Origin: Perkinsela sp. CCAP 1560/9
Lineage: Eukaryota; Protista; Euglenozoa: Kinetoplastea
Assembly: GCA_965644495.1 (NCBI GenBank)
Contig: CBFFSA010000003.1
Location: 1,054,001 to 1,118,000, forward strand
Reading direction: 5' to 3'
Length of the DNA stretch: 64,000 bases
The notes under the pieces are model-generated. The model was not told where the DNA came from. It saw nothing but the letters and a program-made list of their open reading frames with translations, and did not search any database. The translations under genes and the position numbers were made by a program. This document shows positions 35,301 to 47,999 of this stretch, piece after piece; position 1 is the first letter of the stretch, and each line of letters begins with the position of its first letter.

Positions 35301-36122
35301 GAGAAAGTCTCGTTGATCAGAGTAATTCCTCGATATCGCGGAGAGCAGAATACGCTTCTCAGTGGAAAATCCGGGGTGCGCACATAGGGAAACGAACTCC
35401 CGGTCAATGGGAACCGTATCTTGCTGCAGCGGTTGAAATTCGGCTAGCCGAACTTTTCTTCCTGTGGTCTTCATCAAATCCTTAGGCTCCGCATACCATC
35501 TCGTGACACACAAGTTTCCAATTGTGGCGAATTGTATAAGCGATGTACTTTCGGAGTGAAAAGTAGAGCACGGAGTCGTCGCTGGGGCTCCTGCCTCCCC
35601 AAGGCTATCGTAGCTATACACTGCCCTAAAGCCTCTCTCTGTGTGGTCGTATGCCCATACTTGAGCGTACCTAGGAAATAGAATCAGAATAGCAGACAGA
35701 CTACTTAAGTCGGGTATTTCCTTGCCCTTGGGCCGCTTTCCCGATTTTCCCCTCTCCCACAGAGGCTTGCTAATGTAGTCTAATACTTCATTTGTTAACA
35801 TCGGGATGACTTGCATTTCCTCAACTTTACCGAAATGAAGTGCAATGGAGTATAAGGGGGAAAATGGAGTCTCGGGCTCAGGACGTGATAGCAAGGCTAA
35901 ACTGGATGATTCCTTCTTTCTCGAAGGGAGTGCATCTTGTGCTTTTCTGATAATATCCTCTTTGTCCCAAATCGTCAGGCTCTCTCCATGACAGGCTACC
36001 ACATGCTGTGTTTCCGCACTGATGAAGTTCCCTTGTGCAAGATGAAGAATCCGAGTTGGCTCTATTAAGGTTTTGTGGTAAAAGACCGGGGCATCTTCCT
36101 CAGAGTTGCTTGTATCCTTCAT
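32370..36122 (-). CDS. DDB1: DNA damage-binding protein 1 (DDB1/CPSF160/SF3B3 propeller family)
   Basis: VGSKLGDS, NLGPILDM, CGGGLKDGSLRIV, GRIMVF, GDISRSL, VVDGDLL. Confidence 0.85.
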   Translation of the reverse strand: MKDTSNSEEDAPVFYHKTLIEPTRILHLAQGNFISAETQHVVACHGESLTIWDKEDIIRKAQDALPSRKKESSSLALLSRPEPETPFSPLYSIALHFGKVEEMQVIPMLTNEVLDYISKPLWERGKSGKRPKGKEIPDLSSLSAILILFPRYAQVWAYDHTERGFRAVYSYDSLGEAGAPATTPCSTFHSESTSLIQFATIGNLCVTRWYAEPKDLMKTTGRKVRLAEFQPLQQDTVPIDREFVSLCAHPGFSTEKRILLSAISRNYSDQRDFLMYDFAITKNTFPRLLYRIGMDNMDPTANLIIPLSRTKVLLVGDSKVTFVEKDGLLVAHPFFEDIEDIDPEDTLDRSAPPTSWTRLSENRYLVGNLNGLLFGVTVDPSAKDSVPVETKHLELIPSPTTLLRLNNTSETNMILVGSKLGDSVFLFLPSHMERTSQKSSRRRDTNKNSPLPESRGQVVTFLPNLGPILDMTHMANQPDEPSSLLLCGGGLKDGSLRIVDFGVSLQPGEIVSLIEGANRMSHVEIRDSTGLWSHVIINTISEAIGLTFYSEEVKREKLTYLNYDNPTICLGRTLTDMNIQSFGLIQVTPESIVGCDFNSGRPFFQILPPEEENITLATIAHNMVLFATYRHLFLHSFSDEPYETKQYSFKNAIYSSDDDIASIGFFFSPETKNTVCALSTWGETAINLLIQSKKSPMRKHTLKTETSSRYLHFCNWAGSLYLFTVLQSGCLQWWRIHFGEKDILCGTARYLHLGPGEYSISDFDATCFCIIGPSTRVVHFADGDVAVNKVTVPSLHGLCSIHGTQNEKIDAPRSLLFLTESGVLQRATLGSLQPFTAQTAALAEAPVKVRSLSNYPGWISLLTRRYPGVPHLDGISSLEVRDTIRIVDVNEWEELASYALDAKSSEMAMALHVGQLGVGNDKQEYVIVATAHADVEEVMSQTGRIMVFQVESDGHLHPCTVLTEPSGVQALETIQGRLVAALGAKVTIYRWEETSGNTRELHKECFLNINVMPTCLHAESDSGLLMAGDISRSLALCQYHDLRGSLEYLAEDVVPQWVTAVAGTPQNTKDGVYYFTSFDSMNNLTISNKPNQHTESKKSQKLRILARFNVGDFINRAILNCFGAHSATPSSASLIYAKNGLLYGGVSGSLSMLVPLEGHRGTTGLDMIRHIGERMAPLETWMIRRQYQLKRSFAPSEGVVDGDLLNTFRYLSFPEQEDIVEDMNGYRNPEIETHTVESLQHLVDELTQLW

Positions 36123-36321
36123 AAATGGTTACAGATGTATTATATCATAAAATTGTATATTCCACAAGTAGCATATTCCATACAATACACTTTAAAACTT
36201 TAAGACTTTCTATAGCTACCTAGGATATAGAATAAAGCTACGGTTGATTAGTAGAACAACACAACTAAAGCTAGTTTTTTTCCCTAAAAGCTAGTGCATT
36301 GAGAGCATCCACATTCTTAGC

Positions 36322-37611
36322 CTAGTCTCTATTTTTGACGTAAAATCGAGTTTTTCTTTTACCACCTTTATGATTCTTCTGAGTGGACTTCGCAAGCTTT
36401 TCACTTTTTCTGGCCTCCAGCTTTTTCAAAACCTGTACACTTTGAAGAGAAAATTCAACAATAGGGCGACGTTTTGAACCCCATATATGGGGATTATTGT
36501 TCAGCTCTCTCAGCGTCTTGAGCGCTTCTTCATGCGTGGCAAATTCCACAAACGCAAACCCCTTTGAAATTTCCGAATCTGCATGTTCCATCATTAACCT
36601 TACATCGGTTGGCGTTCCATATTTTGAAAACAAATCGCACAGGTTTTCTTGTGATTCATTCAAAGGGATGTTATGGACACAAAGTCTGGTACGAGATACG
36701 TGATAACTCAAGTTTTTGAGCTTTTTCATTCGAATCGCGATCAATTGTTCCCGCTGCCGTATATCACTTGGAGAAACACCGACAGCAGAGGAGTCTGAAG
36801 CGGTAATGTAGCCTTCCCCAAGGAGGTAAAGATTTCTGTTATCTTGCGTTGTGGCCTTTGTTTTTTGCGTAGTAGTCGTTTCACCGACTTTTTCGCTAGT
36901 TTGAGTCTTCATCTTATTTTTTGCCTCAACGGGGAGACATTCTACACGTCTTTCCCCGAATATCAAAAATGGTTTTTGAATATGGTCAGGAGCATTCTGG
37001 CCAAGTTGGGCACGTCCGAATATCTCCTTCTTTTCAATTCTGTGTGATTTCCATTTCGTCTTTTCAGATTGGGACTCTCCTTGTAGCTCGCTCGCTTCAC
37101 TACTTGTTTTGTTTCTTGTAGCGCACGCTAGCACCTCTTGTGCTTCTTCTGCCTTACAAAAATACACAAAGGCTGATCCCCGAGATATCTGAGTACGAGA
37201 ATCCAAGACCACAAAAACGCGTCGTACTTCGCCGTACGCTTTCATGAACTCTCGAATATCTTCCTCAGATAAATCGGTAGGAAGCTGTCTCAGAAATACT
37301 CCGTTTTCGGCCGGAAATTTGTTCCTCATCAATTTTACTCTTTCCTTATGAGAGACGAGTTTGCGAAGTGAAGTTTGCTCATTCTCACTGTCACCAGAGC
37401 TACTGCAGTTGGACCCCTCAAGAAGATCTGAAAAATTTCTTTTGGCCTGGAGCGAATTAGAATCGGATGTCGGTTCTTCCGTCTCCCGGGCCTTTCGAGC
37501 GAGTGCAAGAATCCACGAGGGCTTTGTTTTCTTCTTCCGGACTATGTGGCGCCGTGGACCATGAGAAGCCTTTTTCTTATGTTTGGATCCAAGGTTTGAA
37601 TGTGATTTCAT
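36322..37611 (-). CDS. NOP4: Nucleolar RRM protein NOP4/RBM28-like
   Basis: Two RRMs, plus DNRNLYLLGEG, VSRTRLCVHNIP, SKGFAFVEF, LNNNP..RPIVEFS. Confidence 0.85.
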   Translation of the reverse strand: MKSHSNLGSKHKKKASHGPRRHIVRKKKTKPSWILALARKARETEEPTSDSNSLQAKRNFSDLLEGSNCSSSGDSENEQTSLRKLVSHKERVKLMRNKFPAENGVFLRQLPTDLSEEDIREFMKAYGEVRRVFVVLDSRTQISRGSAFVYFCKAEEAQEVLACATRNKTSSEASELQGESQSEKTKWKSHRIEKKEIFGRAQLGQNAPDHIQKPFLIFGERRVECLPVEAKNKMKTQTSEKVGETTTTQKTKATTQDNRNLYLLGEGYITASDSSAVGVSPSDIRQREQLIAIRMKKLKNLSYHVSRTRLCVHNIPLNESQENLCDLFSKYGTPTDVRLMMEHADSEISKGFAFVEFATHEEALKTLRELNNNPHIWGSKRRPIVEFSLQSVQVLKKLEARKSEKLAKSTQKNHKGGKRKTRFYVKNRD

Positions 37612-37978
37612 GAATCAAGTAAAAAGGTCAAAAGGGGTATGAGCTGTTTTTGGGCTAGTATCCGAATTTTTTTTCGAGTAAGTTATTGTCAAAAAACGAG
37701 TACACACACCGTCAATACACACGATTCTGCATTAGAAAAATAGGTACCTGCTTGATTTAAATTTACCAGATAGGTCCGGGGCAGAAAGACCTACCGGTTC
37801 ATTTGTTCCTTAGGACCCAAATCCAAGGCTAGGGCATAACACGCCCCTCTCGTACACTGAAACTGAAAGTCATCAAAAATACACATTTTCTAAATAACAA
37901 ACACAAAATCACTCCCTTATAAAAGCAGCACTCCCAACCCCTGTTTTCGTTTTTTACCCTGTACGCACCCCCCCCTTT

Positions 37979-38605
<627 letters not shown>

Positions 38606-39121
38606 TTATTGTGCGAGGAGGAGGAGTAGAGGGTTATGATGATGAATCTGGGAATCATGCATCAATTTATTTTTTGCGTCAAATGTGGAAGTTTCATTTT
38701 TTTTTACGGATAACCCTTCATTTACAACGTGACTGTGTTTGTTAAAATTGGCACTCCAGGAATATTAGTACTATAAATATTTTTTAGCGAGAATGTGAAA
38801 CAAGCTTTAAATCATTGCATCGTCATAGGGAAGCTTTCTGTGAATGTGATTTCACCATTTTATGTAGTAAACGTATTTGTATCTGATGTTTTGAATTTCC
38901 AATCTCACATTCTCAAGTAGCCAATTGCTTCACTGTAGAGCAAGATTGAAATATGGAACAGAAAAAAAGATGGGCAAGATAAAAAAGTATTTTTGAATGG
39001 CTCTAACTCCAGAAAAACAAACGAGATGTCTATAGCAAGAAAAATTGTTATGATCGACACGAGGATGGACAGCGCCATTGAGAGTGGCAATTGACACACC
39101 TTTAAACTCACATCCGTAGAC

Positions 39122-42100
39122 TTATTTATTTTGCTGTCTTCCAATCTCCATAACGGCTTCGAACTGTGGGCATATTTCGGCGAACAAGCAATCATGAGAT
39201 GGAAGACGCTTCGCCAGAGTAAAGGCCAACTGAAGAAAGTTGGTGGCAAAGTCGGTCATGTTTAAATGCCACAACTGTGTCCCTGCGTTCCATGCCACTA
39301 CAACAAACCACTTGATTTCATTCTCTATACAGTTATCCCTAAATTCGCTTGACATACTCGAATCTGGAGAAATTGTTTCGGTAACGTCTTGAAGAGTTTG
39401 AAGTTGGTCCGTGCGCGACAAAATGCAAAATTCGAATTGTGTCCGGTAAAGAGTCAATAAGATCTTCGTCTTCTTTTCGGAATTTGCAGAATCACTGCTA
39501 TTCACCGTTCTAAATATGTTTAATACTTTTCGAAGAGTCATGCGAAGGACGTCAACATACTCGGGCTTTACAGTAGATCCTCGGCAGAGAACGTCAACCA
39601 GATAGAGCCAATCTTCAGAAAAATTCACTTGATCGGGTATGTGAAAAATCGCATTTCGAACTTCTTCTGCATCAATTTCTCCCCGAATAGCCATACACGC
39701 ATATAAAAACGAAAGAATAGAGCCCAATTGAGTGTCTGTTGATTCCTCTACAGACGGATCCTGAGTGGCATTTTGAAAGCTTCGTAATTCCTGACTCATA
39801 AACATCGCTTCATCAATCTGCTTTAGAACACGTTTCAAATAATCCCCCGGCACAGATTGGGTAGCTTCTTCTATAAACTCTTCTTCCGTTTTCTCTAGGG
39901 AACGAAAAATTTCATTAGCAAATGTTCCTTCAGTAGAGCCGTCGTATATACGAACTAGGGTGATAAGAAATCCAAGAAAAGACGACAGGTACTTTTCAGT
40001 GGCATTTTTTACTTTAGCGCATCGTAGAATTCTTCCAAGCTGAGCAGCCATGAAGAATCCTTCAACTGCTCTCGATAAGTTCTCCCCAGAAAGAAGAGCA
40101 GCTGCTGACGCGTGCGTCCTTTGATGCCACCAATCAAGCTCATCCACGCTGTTTGAATCAAAGAACGCACTTGTCGGAGCAGCCTTAGATCCAATTTCGG
40201 AGTCGTTTCGCGTCCATAACTCTCGAGAAAGAAAGATGTACTTCTTGGCAGCCCAGAGATTGTGTGAGTGAACGGACCCGCCTTCATCTGTGGAGTCCGA
40301 GCGTAGAACAAAATTGCGTAGAAGAAGGCGCCTTGTCGAAACGGGAACAGAGTTAAAAGAATCTGGGTGGTCTAAAATATGCATCAATGCTTTGCAACAA
40401 ACTGAAAACTGACCCTTTCCATGGCAATAATAAGCAGCCAGAGAGAACATGGAGGATGATGGGGCTCTCCACGTGCTGCAATTTCGAGAAGAGCTTGTTC
40501 TGCTACGATTAAATCGTTTTCTTCCATCGCAAGCTGCATTCGTAAATATTGTCCATGTACATTTTGCGGCTCGATAGCCAATGCTCGTGATAGCACGATG
40601 GAAGATGATTTCTCGCCTAAAGACATGTATTCACGGGTTAGCTGCCGAAGAAGCTTCGCTAAGTCATGCGGATTTCCTGCTTCACAGAAGCATTGTGCAC
40701 ACATGATCCATGTGATTACATGTAGTTGTAGGGCGGAGGGCGCTTTGTTCGGTTCAATATTGTTGACGAAATCTGTAAGCTTATCTGTAGCTATCGGCCC
40801 CCGAACTTTAGATAAATCCCAAAATAAATGCGTGAAGCGACACCTTGTATTCTCGGGTAACCATGCCAAAGATGCCACTATGTTATCCCCAAAGGATGAA
40901 AGCATGTATTCATGAATTGAAGAATAGCGGGGCTTCATGTAATCTGTGGAGGAGGCATAATAATACCCATGCGAGAGATCACGAACTAGATCCACAGCTT
41001 TGCTTCTGGTCCAATCGTATCTGCACAATAACTCTACAAGCTCGAAATAGGCGAATGCTACTTCGTGTTTGTTTTCAGGAGGAATTTCAGATATTAGCGT
41101 CTCCCGTAAAATATGGTATGTGCTCTCAAAGATTGAAGTGAACCCTTTGTCTGTGAGTTGATCCTGAATAAGAGCTCCTAGAAAATATATACCGGCTTTA
41201 GATGCATGCTTCAAAAGGTGGTCTGGAAAATGAATCATATCAGTATAAAAGTGATGCGCTTCCTCGAAACGATTCTCATCACAAAGAGCACGACAAAACT
41301 CTACCCCGATATCAGAGGTGAGTTTCACGTCCAGCGCTTCCCGAAGAGCCTGAGAAATAACACTTACATTTCCTGAAGTGCTGGTTTGCAACAAAACTGT
41401 CAATGTTCGATACGCTTTAAGCAAGTACTTCCGAAGACTAAGGCTTAGTGATTTGCCTAAATGTGTACGTGAATTAGGGCTCTTATTCTCAAGATCTGAA
41501 TGAGTACCACCTAATAGGGTGTGCTTATCATCGATAATTTCACGAGATTCAACAACAGAAGTACCTGGAGAACATATGCTCTCGTCTTCCACTATTGCAT
41601 CCCGACATTCTGTCGGACGTTCAAGAACACATCCACGAAAAACATCTAACTCCATCGCCGAAGGTGGCAGCAACAATTTTTTTCGAAGAAGCACTATAAG
41701 GTACGCAACAAGTTCAATATGCAAGCACATAACGGCCGTGTCCGAGCTGGTACTGTTATCTCCCATGGAAAAATAATCAGGCGTAACCTTGTGCGTCTGG
41801 CTAGGAGACGATTTTGAGTCATCCAACAGATTTACATGCAACTTACTTGCTTCATCTATACAACATGCACATTGAATGCTACACTCAACTTGTTTTCGGC
41901 CTTTCAATGGAGAATTAGAACGAGAATATTGAATCTGGTTTTCACTTTCGTCTTGATCATTTTTCTTCCATGTTATTAAAGCACTTTCTGGTAAACGTGT
42001 TCGAATTATTTCTATCACAGCACGGGCGACCTGAGGCACACAGGAATCCGGCAAAAAGGGAACGCTATCAGACCATGACATTTGGTGAATTATATGAAAC

Positions 42101-42951
42101 GAGCTGGTCGTAGGTTCTATAGCAAGGTATCCATTTTTTGTGGGAATAGCTATGTTCGAGCTAAAACACGCATTGGTTCGAGAACTGGAAAAATATTTGC
42201 CCGAAGAAACTAACAAGGCTTGTACAAGCTGCTTCATATACTTCACGCAGTGCCCTACTTGCCAGTTAGAATCCAATGCGCTCAGTGTACATAAATGTAT
42301 TTCACTCAAACACGATAAAATCTGATCGTGAATAAAATCAGGAAGGCGGTTTATTCCGCTATCGTCGACTACGATTTCAGAGTCGCCACAATTCAGTGAC
42401 AAAACATGACTAAGCAGTTCTCCGTATTGTGATGCACATTTTAAAGTTTTGATTGCCCACTGATGATTTCCATTTTCAGTATATGTTGTCGCCGACTTAC
42501 ATAACATACGACACATTTCAGTACAGTACTTGACTGCATTATCGTGATTGTCTCGTAGGGTGTTCTGTAGGGCAAAAGCGTGTCCCAACCAATAAAAAGT
42601 GAGCGCTAAAGTGCGTGTTCGGCCTTCAAGCTGTTCGCGATTGAGTACTTCAGAATCCCTTACCATTTTGCTCAACGAACTTGTTTTAGCCACAGAATTC
42701 CAAAGCCTACAAGCCACATCTCTTAAGCGAGCTAGCTGTGCCCCACCAGAGTTATCTCCTCTGACCGCTTTCAAAGCTATCAGAATTAAATCATCAGCAG
42801 ATCTTTCGAGTTTTTCTAGACAGAAGGCGTAGCCTGAGACATTTTTATGCAAATTCGGCGCGGTACAAGTATCAAAGGAACTCAAAAGGTTTTCAGCACA
42901 TAGGCAAGTAATCTGTACGTGGTGTCCTACTGTTGTCCTCTCCATAAACAA
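39122..42951 (-). CDS. ZIP4/SPO22/TEX11-like meiotic TPR protein, split by one frameshift near 40455
   Basis: ACRLWN (N-terminal), LAKLLRQL..Y..L, FSLAAY....Q...KAL..L and C-terminal EIKWFVVVAWNAG resemble TEX11/ZIP4; two ORFs overlap at 40384-40450. Confidence 0.7.
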
Positions 42952-43448
42952 AACTACTATTTAGCTGCTTAAGTTAATGCAGTAAAGTTGCTCTTGAACT
43001 TGATTCTAAAGATTCGAATCTATATACTGGTATTAAGAGACGCAAGTCCATATCGATTATACATCGATCTACATACACTTGTATGTAGATGTCAAATTGT
43101 ATAAGCCGTTTCTATAGACATGGAAAAACCGCTGCTATCTGTCATCACAAGTTTCCCATCAAGTATACAAGTGTAAGTGACACATTTATGAAAAAATCTT
43201 TTTGACTGCCAATGCTATTGTATTCCGACAACGCATCAGTTTTGCCTTTATCTAATAATGATTCTATGTTCAGGATAAGGAAAAATAACTACCAAAAAGA
43301 GAGATTGATCGGTTGAGGCTAAATAGCGTAGTACAGTCCTCTGCGACCCTAAAAACCAAGCAAGAGAAAAATGAAGTGACTTCAACCATTTTCGCTTTCC
43401 TTTCAGAAAGCAGTAAAATAAGTTCATAACGTTCGAAAGAGTACTTTT

Positions 43449-43937
<489 letters not shown>

Positions 43938-44178
43938 TTATACACAATTACATACACAATTATACACTGTATTATACACAATGTACCTGTAATAGCACTA
44001 ATGATCCAAAGAAAAGGAAATAAAGATCTTACACTATACTACTATGCTGCGATGATTGCGTAACTACTGCTCTACCCTCCATTATTGAAGCCTGTCCCGT
44101 GATTAAAAGAGGTATCCAAGAGATGAGATATTAAAAGAGGATAAAGGAGTTTCACAGTTAACAAGTGACAAAAATATT

Positions 44179-44266
44179 TCAGTATAACAACGCTGTTTAC
44201 TTATCATAGTACACTCTTGCTGTATACTTCTGAAGGTGTCCTAAGGTTCAGTGCATGTGTCATCAT
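44179..44266 (-). ncRNA. Candidate box C/D snoRNA
   Basis: Minus strand ATGATGA...CTGA...ATGATAA...CTGA within ~88 nt; target not recognised. Confidence 0.35.
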
Positions 44267-44701
44267 CTTTGAAGAAAACTACTACTAGGTATAACAAGTG
44301 ATTCGTTTAGTATGTACAAGCGTTTCACTATGGTTGCACTCATTACCTGAGTACAGTGAGATGTGATCACTGAAGGATGTGACTCATCACCTGCAGCAAA
44401 CTAGGACATTTGACAACATTAAAGATTTTAGGATAATGTACTTTAGTTCCCAATTTAATTTCCAAAATTTCTAAAGGAACTGTGAACGACGTGATCATAC
44501 CTAGGCCCATCCTCACGATTTAAGTTACACCGAAAAAGTAGGTCAGGATTTTCAGTTCAAAACCAATTCTTAATTCGTTTTAGTCCATCAACTTATGGAC
44601 TACGTAATTATACACAGTTATACACAATTATTGCTAAATTTATCAGAAAGCGTTCGAATTATGGACGTTACGTTTCCAGACTGAAATCTACAAAAATATT
44701 T

Positions 44702-44765
44702 TCAGTTTTGATCAAAAATGTCATCATAGTTCGTTCAGCTGAAACACGGATGTGATAATCATCAG
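44702..44765 (-). ncRNA. Candidate box C/D snoRNA, U18/snR18-like guide
   Basis: Boxes C (TGATGA), D' (CTGA), C' (ATGATGA) and D (CTGA) in order; guide TCCGTGTTTCA is complementary to the conserved LSU rRNA sequence TGAAACACGGA. Confidence 0.6.
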
Positions 44766-44799
44766 GATGAATGTCTTCGGTTGAATACTTATGATAATT

Positions 44800-46385
44800 G
44801 CGGTGGTTGTATAACTACCGCCCTACCCTCGATTATTGCAGTCGTTGTAAAACTACCGCTCTACCCTTTGGAAAAAACACTCAACTTGGCGAAAGAAATG
44901 ACAAAAGAAATATTTGGTTCACCGGCACTATAAACGTAGGTTGAAAACAAGTAAAATTTGTTTGAACAATCTTGCCCAAAAGGACTCAGGAAAAAGTTTT
45001 TGATCTTTCGTTGATCTCTTTTCTTAGTTAATTTTTTTATTTTACTGTGCCCCCCTTTAATGAAGAAACAATTTCGTCATTTGTCTCTATTAAAGGGGGG
45101 GATGAAATGAAAATCCGAAACACGAAACAAAAATCGGTGCCGCTTCGCGGCGCCTCAGTTTCAGAAGCCTTTGCTTACAGGGGGCAAAAAAGTTTTGTCA
45201 ACAAAAGTCGAGGCGACAAATGTTGTGTCAAAAAAAGTCGTGTTAATGCGAAAACGTGGTGAGGATCAAAAGTACAGTGGTTTCAAGATATCTCCCCCCC
45301 CCGCGGAATTTTGAGTTTTTTTATCCGTTTAATTTTATACTTATTTTCGCAGCATTGGATAGATTCCGTTTTCCTGGTTAAGCGCTTTGCTGCCCTTTGT
45401 TTGTAGGGACCCCCTGGTACCCCCTGGGTCCAAAACACATGGTTTTAGGCTTCCTTCCAAGGTTCGTATTCATCAAGAATCTTGTTTTGGCTGTTTTTCG
45501 GGTCACTTCTGGTTCTGGTTACTTACCAGACCACACGTTTTTTCAATCAGATGTACCACCTACCTCTAATGGTAAGACTCCAAAAAACGTCCGAAATATG
45601 GAGAGAATCGGGTATTTGTACCAAAAGTTGGATTATTCTGGATTGTTTCGCAATTTTTGAGTCGGTCTCATTGGATATTGGATTTATTTTTGTATTTGGA
45701 TTGGTTCCCCATGTAATCGATTGGGGTGGTTTCCCATTTTTCTTCGACGGGCACGAAAGGTTCCTGTGGGACCTCGTCCTCTCGTTAGAAATTGTTGAGG
45801 GTAATAGATAATGCTTGACTAAATGAGGGAAAAAATAGTTTTTTACAACAACAAAAATGGATTTTAACCTACATTTATAGTGCCGGTTACCTAAATATTT
45901 TTCCAAAATCGTTTGCCCTATTGTATTTTGATAGCTTGGGACCTATACTAGCTTTCTCCGCAGTTGTTTTTGCCAGATATCCCTTCTTCAAGTCGTGGTA
46001 TGCCCGCGAAAATGACCCATTTTTTACTAAAACAGGTGAAAAAGTATTTTTCGGACCCCGAGGGGCCTTTTTGTGTAGAAATAATGGTGTGGTTGGAGTC
46101 GTATTCTCTACCCCATACGTTCGGTAGGTTTTCATTCATGCCTACGAGTGATTTCACACGCGTCCCAAATGTCGGATTTAGTGCTCTGACATCAAAAATA
46201 TCCAAAAATGACCCCATTTTTACCTAAAAGTCGGCTATTTTTGGCTATAATCTTTCTCTTTTCTTCAGCTTTCCAGGCCAATTTTTTTTAGGATCTTCGT
46301 TAACGCGGTGGTAGTTTTCAACGCGAAGCGCACAGCATGCGTGACTTCTAAGTTAAAAACAACCACAGCGCTTCAAGAAGAGCCT
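44800..46385. mobile_element. Repeat family A, copy 2 (interrupted by an insertion)
   Basis: Same terminal hairpin; 45892-46385 aligns by eye with 5235-5720. Confidence 0.75.
44916..45891. mobile_element. Merlin-like non-autonomous element inserted in family A copy 2
   Basis: TIR GGTTCACCGGCACTATAAACGTAGGTT / AACCTACATTTATAGTGCCGGTTACC; TSD GAAATATTT/TAAATATTT; the empty site is visible in copy 1 (~5237). Confidence 0.8.
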
Positions 46386-46424
46386 AAATAAATTTTAAAA
46401 CATACTGTTGTAGACTTTATACTA

Positions 46425-46541
46425 CCGTAGAAACGGAAATTAAGGTGAATTAAGAATAAGAAAACTTTAATTAAGGAAATAATTTCGCGTCACAAAGAAA
46501 TCTTCCTTAATTAAAATATTCCTTAATTTCCGTTTCTACGG
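46425..46541. mobile_element. TA-flanked MITE (Tc1/mariner/pogo-like)
   Basis: Perfect 21-bp TIR CCGTAGAAACGGAAATTAAGG with TA on both sides. Confidence 0.85.
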
Positions 46542-47167
46542 TATGCCCCCTATATTATGTAGGGGGTACCCTACTGTCTTCTTCTTCTTCTTCTGCATAA
46601 TATAGGGGGTACGATACCGTACGTAAGGTACTGTAGGTGGTACCCTACTACGTATGGGGTTGAATGAGTCCCATACTACGTATGGGGTTGAATGAGTCAA
46701 CTGAATGAATCCCAAGTTTCAAACTCTGAGTCTGATTTTTTGGGCGAAGGGGCCCTACTTGTACTGCTCAAAATAACGGAGATCTGGCCAAGATGATGCG
46801 TATCATCTTTAGATTTTGCCAAATTTAAATCTGTATTCAGTTTCTCCGAGTATTCTTAACTCAAACCGTTCGATTATCGGTGGAATTAAGCCAATATTTC
46901 ACAAAAAAGTCATATGCTTTTTAACGATTTCCTTTTCCTTGTTATTATTTTGTAAAACTACAAGTGTATTAGGCATCCTTTGTTTAGCATTTTTTGGGCC
47001 ATTTTTGCTTTACGAGTGTATTTCTGTATATCTAGCGAAGGGGTTACTACGATTTGTGCATGGTGTTCAGATATTTCATGTGCTAGAGCCATGGCCATGA
47101 GCAAGGTTGGAAAGTGCAGCGGGTTTGAGGACATGCAGCACTTCTATTTTGAGATAAATTTATGCTA

Positions 47168-47467
47168 CCGTATACCCCCCAGTAACAGAGATTTGACCAT
47201 TTTTGGGCTGACCCCCAGTAACAAGGATTTAGCTCGGGAGGGTGGGTGGAGGGGGGAGGGGGTGTTTGAGCGGGTGGGGTCGCTGGGCTGGGTGAGGGTG
47301 GTTGCGCGGGAACGAATGGCGTAGTTGCGGGGTTGTCTGGACAGAAATTCAACGACCCATGAATAAAAAAGGTCTTTTCCCACCAAAAAAGCATACCCCC
47401 CCAGTGACACAGATTTGGCCTTTTTGGGTCCAAAATCGATTCTATTACTGGGGGGGGGGGTATACGG
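47168..47467. mobile_element. TA-flanked MITE (pogo-like CCGTATA TIR)
   Basis: TA-CCGTATACCCCCCAGTAA...TTACTGGGGGG...TATACGG-TA with internal CCCCAGTRAC repeats. Confidence 0.8.
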
Positions 47468-47999
47468 TAGTTCATTTTATGCGCTTCTGAGAAAGAAATG
47501 ATTGATTTTTAATTGTGCTTTCGCAATATTGGCTGAACCTGACCCGATTATCAACCTCTTGAAGTTACGGATGATCTGCACTATGATTGCGAGAATCGGA
47601 AGCAATGATTGATGTCATGTACATACAGTGTATCCAGTAAGGTTGAATGTATTAGTCCAATGAGTGCACCATGAAGATATCCATCCAGTAAGGTTGAAAG
47701 TAGTTGCCCAATGACTGCACCATTTAGAGGGCGTAAACGCGAAAAAAATAGTACTCAGAAAATTAATATTTTAGTTATCCTTCAATGTTCTAACTCTTCC
47801 ATCTATTTACCCCCCCCGAACAAGTTCACAAAGCGTAACCATTTCGGAAGCGGATTAGTTGGTACATACATTAGGGAGTCTAACACATTGGATACGCATC
47901 ACCGAGATTTATGGCATAAAAATGTGATAAAAGATCTGTATAGATAAATAATTAAAAATAAATAATTATTCATTTTTATCAATTCTCTCTGCAAGATAC

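Noticed and set aside
45400-45820. Possible piggyBac-like N-terminal remnant inside the 44916-45891 element
   Set aside because: Only a vague resemblance across frames, with no catalytic motifs.
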